From Macrostomum lignano (lineage: Eukaryota), in contig NIVC01000415.1 in NCBI GenBank assembly GCA_002269645.1, forward strand, positions 62,001 to 126,000: 64,000 nt of DNA, read 5' to 3'. This document shows positions 61,187 through 64,000 of this stretch, piece by piece (the first letter of the stretch is position 1; each line of letters begins with the position of its first letter). The notes under the pieces were generated by a model. It saw nothing but the letters and a program-made list of their open reading frames with translations, was not told the DNA's origin and searched no databases. The position numbers were made by a program, and so were the translations under genes.

Positions 61187-61814
61187 ATGAGAAGACTCAA
61201 ACACAATTTCTGTTTTGGAGCTTGGGTTCGGTCTCGGAGCAGAGCAGCGGGGTGAGGGCTGTTTGAGGTGGGTATTTTATTGTCCTAAAGCTTTATTTAG
61301 CTACTCTCTCACCTCTCAGCCAGGCATCGGCCTCATCTACCAGCGTGCGGTTCTGTGCTCGGATAGGCTATACTTTCGTATATGCTTCGTCTTCGTCTCC
61401 ATGGCAACGTGCCGCAAGTAAATCGCTGTTTTGAGAGAGAAAGAGAGAGATCGTTTCAAGGCAGCCCGTCTCTTCTTCACCGTTCGCTCTCTACCTTTGC
61501 TTTCTGTTAAATGTGCTGCAAAAGCCGTCTAATTAGCTTTTTAGCCCGCCTGACTGACGCTAAATATACATGACTCAGCCTGAGTCTATCTTTGTCATGC
61601 TATGTTGACTGGCACTCGGACTAATTTATGCAAACGGATAAATATTTATATTTTTACAGCGACCGAACTGTATCATGCCTACATGTATCGCGTACTACTA
61701 AAGCTGAATAATATGAAAAGGAAAATTCACTGAGAGTCAAAACAGGTCTTCAAATTTGATTGGCCAAGATCTGGGTCAATTTGTTCTGTTTTTCAGGTCC
61801 TGTAATGTAGGAAT

Positions 61815-62105
61815 AGAGTAGCTTAGTGGTAAACTCGTCTGACTCGCGCCACGACGACCCCTGGTTCGATTCCGTGTGCCGGCTGCATTCATTTGGGCCT
61901 TGTTCACGAAAATTAGAAAATTCACGAAAAGCGCAATTCACAGCCATGAGGGCCAATCTCCCAAGACACATGAATCTACATGCCAAACTACATGAAAGTC
62001 AGGACCGCTGTACACCCTGTGTGAGCGTGTGTATGACTGCGTACCTGCGTACAGTATTGGCGTACAGTACAGCTCAGGAGTCATGGGAATGGACAGAATT
62101 GCCAC
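61815..62105 (+). mobile_element. tRNA-derived SINE, copy B
   Basis: A box TAGCTTAGTGG (61819-61829), B box GGTTCGATTCC (61863-61873), body colinear with copy C, core CCGCTGTACACCCTGTGTGAGCGTG (62005-62029). Confidence 0.75.
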
Positions 62106-62757
62106 GCCACCGGTTGTGGCCTGTGAGACAATGTCGCAGGAGGCGTCACGCCTGGGTGCCCACAGCTCTCCAGAGAATATCTACATCTCTGTATCGTAGT
62201 CAGTGGTGTTTAATAACATGTGTTCATAATTTCTTATAAAAGATTAGCTCAAATAAGAGAAATTAGATAAAGGCCAAAAATGTGCTCCGGGTACAAATGA
62301 GAACAGCAGCTTACGCCACAGTTCCACGACTCCGGGTGCTTGAAAAATTTAATGTTTCGTTAAATCACATGCCGGCTCGACAGTTTCAAGCGTTGCAGCT
62401 TTTCAATAAATGGACGCCACTCAAAAACTAACAATAAATTGTGCGAGTGTGTTGAGCCGTTTTGATATAGACAAATTTTGGCGAAATTTAATTACATGTT
62501 CGAATACACACAGATTGAAGGTAAGAAGATATTGATTAAAACTGAATAGGTATTTTGTGCATGAATTTTTTCTTGGAAACTAAATGAGAAACAGAGTTAA
62601 TGATTAAAAAAACTTGTTAATTGTTAGATTAGTATATACTCTTTCGCATGGTTAGAAAAACCGTAAGCACGTGCGTCTTTGAAACCTATTTAGAAGGCTT
62701 GTAGTTAAACCATTTCAACCGAAGTAGTTCTCCAGCAACATTATCGATAGCAACTCT

Positions 62758-63039
62758 TTATCTTTTAATCCCCCTCAGCATTTCCATTGGCAGCGGGAAC
62801 AAGATGGTGGAGTTCTTCTCAGCCGCAATGGAGTTCAGCGTCTGCAGGTACCTCAGCTGCAGAGCCGCCGGAGACTCGTCGATCACATCGGCGGCCTCCT
62901 TCAGCGCCCTGGAAGCCTTCTGCTCGCCCTCAGCCGCAATCACCTTGGCCTTCGCCTCGCGCAGCGCCTCCGCCTCGGCCGCCATGGCGCGCTGCATCTG
63001 GACGGGTAGCCGGACGTCCTTCACCTCGACGCGCTCCAC
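62758..63039 (-). CDS. Terminal exon of a second, upstream tandem stomatin paralog (other exons presumably beyond 64000)
   Basis: Acceptor ccccag|GTG, 94 codons ending MLRGIKR*, identical to 57614-57895 over 282 bp. An orphan duplicated exon cannot be excluded from this window. Confidence 0.8.
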   Translation of the reverse strand: MERVEVKDVRLPVQMQRAMAAEAEALREAKAKVIAAEGEQKASRALKEAADVIDESPAALQLRYLQTLNSIAAEKNSTILFPLPMEMLRGIKR

Positions 63040-64000
63040 CTGGGGGAGACAATTGAAAGCATGGTCAGGTGCTGCAGTAAGAACTGACAAATTCTTCTCT
63101 GGCAAAGTGCTTTGTTTTCAATTCTAGCTCTTTGCCATGTTTGAATTATTTATACGAGAACACCAGCGTGCGGGCTTATGCCGGAACCCTGAGACAGCAA
63201 TGCACAAGGTGGTTGCAAAAGCCTTGTATGTTGCTGTATGTCATAGTTGTGTAGTTTGTTTTAATAAATATCTTAGGGTTGTCTCAGTGTTATTGTGTAA
63301 GTGTGAAAAATTGTGATGGACAGTGGTGTTTCCTATCATTTTCCGTTGGCACAAACTGCTGAAATTCACATATTACTTTCAGGACTTCATTAGAACTCCT
63401 TCCTTGGGGGCAGAGGGCGCTATAGTTAACATACACGTGTACTAAACCTATGTATCATTCACTAACAATAGCGACTGTTCAAGGTCAAAACCTTAAATTG
63501 TGGTTTATTCAAAAAATATTTATTTTTTAGTTGCCTCCCTAACGGGGGGCACAGATTGCTAGTCACATATACTAAATCTTTACTGCGTGTATGTTGCATA
63601 GAATTGCATTAATATTAATAATCGGATGTTTTAATAAGCAACTGCATGGTGAACTGCATCGAAACTCGTCCTAATTTCGTAACTATAGCGCCTTCCACAA
63701 CCCCCACGTTCATTTTAAAAATAGGAAACATTTTATGAATCCAGCGTCTATAAAAGTGCGTAACAATTTTACGAGTTTTAGCCGACTAGCGCAATTGGTC
63801 GCGCTCTCTAATTAAAATTAAAAAATACATCAAAGTTAGTTTTTCCATGCAACTATAGCTTAGTAATATGCAATTTTTAGTTTTGTCGACTGCATAAAGC
63901 TCGGAATAGATTTAATTAATTAATGCGCCATTATTTCCTCCCTAAACGCTGATGACATTGTGAATTAAAAACCTCCAAATGTCAGTTGTACAGAAATCGT

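Noticed and set aside
61815-61885. Intact tRNA gene
   Set aside because: A and B boxes are present, but no acceptor stem or canonical 7-nt anticodon loop forms, and the downstream body matches other dispersed copies; it is a SINE head.

Overview
Eukaryotic (metazoan) DNA. It is most likely from a flatworm, because it carries an EF-hand + dynein-light-chain 'TAL' gene. The GC-rich exons and a different minisatellite in many introns suggest a Macrostomum-like free-living species, but that is an inference. Genes reconstructed by hand from GT-AG junctions: CPSF1 (minus, 3' part runs off the window, with a ~250-aa M/P/Q-rich N-terminal extension), ribophorin II/RPN2 (minus, complete), a two-exon myosin with one IQ motif and a C-terminal SH2 domain (class XXVIII-like), a three-exon TAL-like protein, an intronless rhodopsin-family peptide GPCR with altered DRY and NPxxY motifs (the only plus-strand gene), a complete stomatin/MEC-2-like gene, and the last exon of a second tandem stomatin copy that is identical over 282 bp. 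Mobile DNA: a young BEL/Pao LTR retrotransposon (223-bp LTRs with 1 mismatch, AGGGG target-site duplication, tRNA-Lys-type PBS, TG...TA ends) with a DD34D mariner inserted antisense into its first Gag zinc knuckle; four copies of a tRNA-derived SINE; and a 242-bp MITE with an 8-bp target-site duplication. About 20 tandem arrays account for most of the long ORFs in the track. The most unusual observations are a minisatellite whose 41-bp unit looks like a whole GT-AG intron, inverted 12-bp arrays bracketing TAL exon 1, apparent exon-limited gene conversion between the stomatin copies, and an IQ-SH2 myosin next to a TAL gene. No CRISPR, rRNA or intact tRNA is supported.
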